Positions 60,831 to 64,000 of a stretch of 64,000 nucleotides of DNA are shown here, piece after piece. The position numbers and the translations under genes are program-made. The DNA lies in the NCBI GenBank assembly GCA_964036045.1, contig OZ038379.1:3348001-3412000 (forward strand), in the 5' to 3' direction. How positions within the stretch are numbered: the first letter of the stretch is position 1; every line of letters begins with the position of its first letter. Source of the stretch: Eutreptiella sp. 'Long Island Sound 2002' (lineage: Eukaryota > Protista > Euglenida). The notes beneath the pieces were generated by a model. That model searched no databases. It had not been told where the DNA came from and saw only the letters and a list, made by a program, of their open reading frames with translations.

Positions 60831-63315
60831 TTTCAGAGGTCTGAGAAGTGCAGTGGGTCAGAACAAAGAAGGTGCACATTAGCTCTGACAATGAGGTTTC
60901 ACAGTTGCGCAGTCCTGTGCAATATGACACATGCATTTTTTTAGGAACTAGCCAGTGATCCCCCCCCCCTGGGGGGGGGATGGACATTGGTATTGGTGGT
61001 GTTGGGGGGGGGGGTACCAACCACTGGACTGACCAACATTGGAAAATTGGAGGGAACTGGAGGAAAACTAAAGAGAGAGGGAGAGAGAGAGAAGAAACTA
61101 CCTGCATAGCGCTATGTATGTCAAGTCGATACACAGCGGACACACAGCCACCTTAGGGCCACACGATGCTCTATGCGTACTTTTCACTCTTTTTTACCCC
61201 CTTCTTGTCTGTTGTAGGTGGAGATTGCAATACGATAATTTTTTTTGCTCAAACTTACGTGTGCCTCGTAAGTGCTTGGTCAGACAGACCGGGTCAAGCT
61301 AACAGTCACAGTACAACATATTTGTCCCGTGTGAGCCGACGCTCACATACCGCCTGTGGCGGTGGGACGTGTATTTGGACTCTGGTTTCCTGTGACCTGT
61401 CTGTGCAGTGATATGTTGCTGCCACGCCACGGCGGCAACTGAATGAAAGTGGAGATTGCAATATGAGAATGAAGAATCCCGTGATGACTAGTATGTGCAT
61501 GATGCAATGGCTATTTACAGCCAGCTCATGCAAGCCTGATTGCTGGGTACAGGTTTTAGAAGGTATCATAATGTCACAATGGAATTGAAGCATAAAACAA
61601 AAGCAGCGGATAATGTCATCCAATTTGCGCTAATCCTTGGAAACAGTGCCACACTGTGATAAATGGCTCCATGCGCCACCAGGAGACGGCTGTGAAATCA
61701 AGAAGAGCACCCTCAGAAGCAAAAGCAATGGCAAACAAATTGCAGGAGTTGCAGAAAATTGCCGGAATCGCAAAATTGTTCAAAAAGAGGGGGGGGGGGG
61801 GGGGGCTCGATTCCCCTTCCCCCTGGCCTCTTTCCTCCAATCCTGTTTCATCACCAATTTGCGTCAGGGTTGCCCACAACAACCACCTGTCATCCATGTA
61901 GGCATCCAAGAAACAACTGGAAAGTACATTTAGTGCAACAATATATAATATTTGGCGTTTGTGTAGTTTACACATGTCTTTCGTCGAAGTGCAGTGTTGA
62001 GAAACCCAACTTCAATGAGGGCTGGGGCTTTGTCCATTCGGCTGTCTGGCAAAGGCTGCCCCCCCAGAGTCAAAATCATAAGACCTGTGCGATAATATAA
62101 CAGACTCAAATGCCTCACCACAACACAGGTACTCCAGGGTATGCTGCCAACTGACCTTTCCTCACGCTCCAGCAACTTGACACTCCATAGAACGTTGTTC
62201 TTTAATCCCGAGACAGACTCTCAACGGCGCTCTCAGCTGAGAGCGATGACCGCGTCTCGGGCACAATCAAGCATGAATCGGTTACACAAAAACAATGGAT
62301 AGGTCTCGACCAGATGGCCGGGCAGGCAGTAAAATACCTGGATTTGTGTCATAAAATGGAGCAACCTGTCAAACTCCGAATTCCCAACTTGACACATTCC
62401 GCATCAACCAGGTGTATTCAATGCACTGAAGCCTAAGGCTGTCATGTGCCAACTGGTAATGGGCAGACAGCACCAGAAGCAATAAATGGATGCTCAATGG
62501 TTCAAAAGAGGCACAAAAGTCGCTAACATTCAGGATGCACTCAGGGTGCATTGCCACCTGTCAGGTATGGTCCAGTGCATCATGACCAATTGCAGAAAAC
62601 GAAAACAAGAAACAACTGTCCACCATTCCTGTGGAAATCTAAAAATGTATTCCCCTGGCATTGGCTTTAGGATAACAACGCACTTGGGGGATAATTGCCC
62701 AATAATGAGAAGGGTGATTGTAAACAATCAGACAAGTCGTGAATGGTGTGGTCCGCATATTCAAGCAGAGGGATTTCCAGTGCTGCTGGAGGGCACCCAT
62801 CTTGCTGAGAGGGCGTGATCTGCAGAAAATGTGAGCAGAAGCAGTTTCGTGTGCAAGAGAGGGCGATTTTGATATGAAATTGGGAACAACAGACAATCCT
62901 GCTGCCTCAATTTGAAGTCTCAGAAGACTTGAGAGTGGTCACCAATGAAAATCTACCGTGGAATGGGAAGGACTCCCGGAAAATTGAACAGGGCCGAGAT
63001 TAGAACACAACTGATATGTGTAAGAATAGCCCCAGACCCAAGCCCAAATCGAAAACTGCACCCCAGCTCACTGCAATCTCAATAGCAACAAGAACAGGAT
63101 GTGTAATGCAACATGTGGCTGTTGTGTGAGGGTCCATCTGCCTGCCTGCCAGAAACATCTGCTGATGACCTGAAAACTGCATCTGTTGTCAGCTATTTTG
63201 GTCTTCCAGATGCTGGCAGTCATGCTTGAATATCGTGTAGGCATAGCACCTGGTTCCCTGGCACTACGCCATCATAATGCCTTGGACTCAGTATGCCGTC
63301 ATAGTGCCTTGGGAC

Positions 63316-63573
63316 TCAGATGCTCTTCATGTACTCAATAATGTCTCTGCGATCTTTCTGCTTTTTCATGCCGGCAAAACCCATTTTGTTTCCTGGCAGG
63401 AACTTTTTGGGATTTTCGAGAAACTTATCCAAGGATTCCTCGTTCCAGATGACGTTTGTTGCATTTCGGTTCGCAATCGAGTACGCATAGCCCGGCACAG
63501 TACCAGCTATACTTCCGAAGATTTTGTACAAAGAAGGCCCAGTCGTGTTGTCCCCTTTCTTGATGGCATGGCA
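63316..63573 (-). CDS. cytC: Cytochrome c (class I, mitochondrial type), terminal exon; the 5' exon was not found in the window
   Basis: ccttcatttctccacAG|CHAIKKGDNTTGPSLYKIFGSIAGTVPGYAYSIANRNATNVIWNEESLDKFLENPKKFLPGNKMGFAGMKKQKDRRDIIEYMKSI*. Heme Cys-His, GPxL, W, LENPKK and the axial Met are present. GYAYSxANxNA matches Euglena-type c558. Confidence 0.92.
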   Translation of the reverse strand, partial: CHAIKKGDNTTGPSLYKIFGSIAGTVPGYAYSIANRNATNVIWNEESLDKFLENPKKFLPGNKMGFAGMKKQKDRRDIIEYMKSI

Positions 63574-64000
63574 CTGTGGAGAAATGAAGGTACTTGACAG
63601 AATCCTCATGTGAAGCACCGAACACAAGGCAGTACGTGCCGTCTCTCTCGTCGCCTGCTCATCACCTGTGGGCGATTGCCATCCCACACCAAACCAGACA
63701 CCAACCTCAGAATTGAGGACAAACAGCGGACTATGATACACGCAACCAGCCTGACAACATTTGTTACACGTGGCCCCCGCGCCAAAGAGCATTGGCCACA
63801 TCTTGCAGACAGCCCCCGCACAAAAGGGAGTAGTAAGGCAGGAAGCCATGTGGATGGACATCCATCCGAGAGGAACGGCAGGGAGCATGAGAAATCCAGT
63901 GAAAATAAACACTGCATACCCACAGGAGACAGGCATTGCACCCCGCAGCACGGCGCCCCCTAATTGAAAAAAAACAGAGGCAAGTGGGTGCCCATACACA

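Noticed and set aside
63577-63999. N-terminal extension of the 227-aa ORF (would give SPQCH and a GDEQATR start)
   Set aside because: It does not align with cytochrome c N-termini, and a strong polypyrimidine-CAG acceptor sits right before the Cys. Treated as intron.

Overview
Eukaryotic, repeat-rich nuclear DNA with GT-AG spliceosomal introns, microsatellites, homopolymer runs and many decayed transposon fragments. The cytochrome c exon at the right end resembles Euglena-type cytochrome c558, so a euglenid/euglenozoan source is inferred. Host-gene candidates supported by sequence: (1) a large minus-strand exon (5948-6828) encoding a SUMO-motif-rich linker, an MBD9-type methyl-CpG-binding-like domain and a divergent homeodomain; (2) an intact 7-exon SNF1/AMPK-alpha-like pseudokinase (26433-29366, possibly continuing to ~36 kb) whose four catalytic motifs are all replaced; (3) the 3' exon of a cytochrome c, with an intron directly before the heme Cys-His. 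Accessory content: an intronless, disrupted sirtuin; a RING/SIM/UIM relic; a B-box finger; a near-identical 3x773-bp tandem array carrying a tRNA-like unit; a 712-bp inverted repeat around hAT/BED-finger relics; MITE-like elements; an 89-bp direct repeat flanking a dispersed repeat; three Tudor/SH3-like modules; and Ty3/gypsy and non-LTR relics. All domain calls are by-eye motif matches. No database searches were run.
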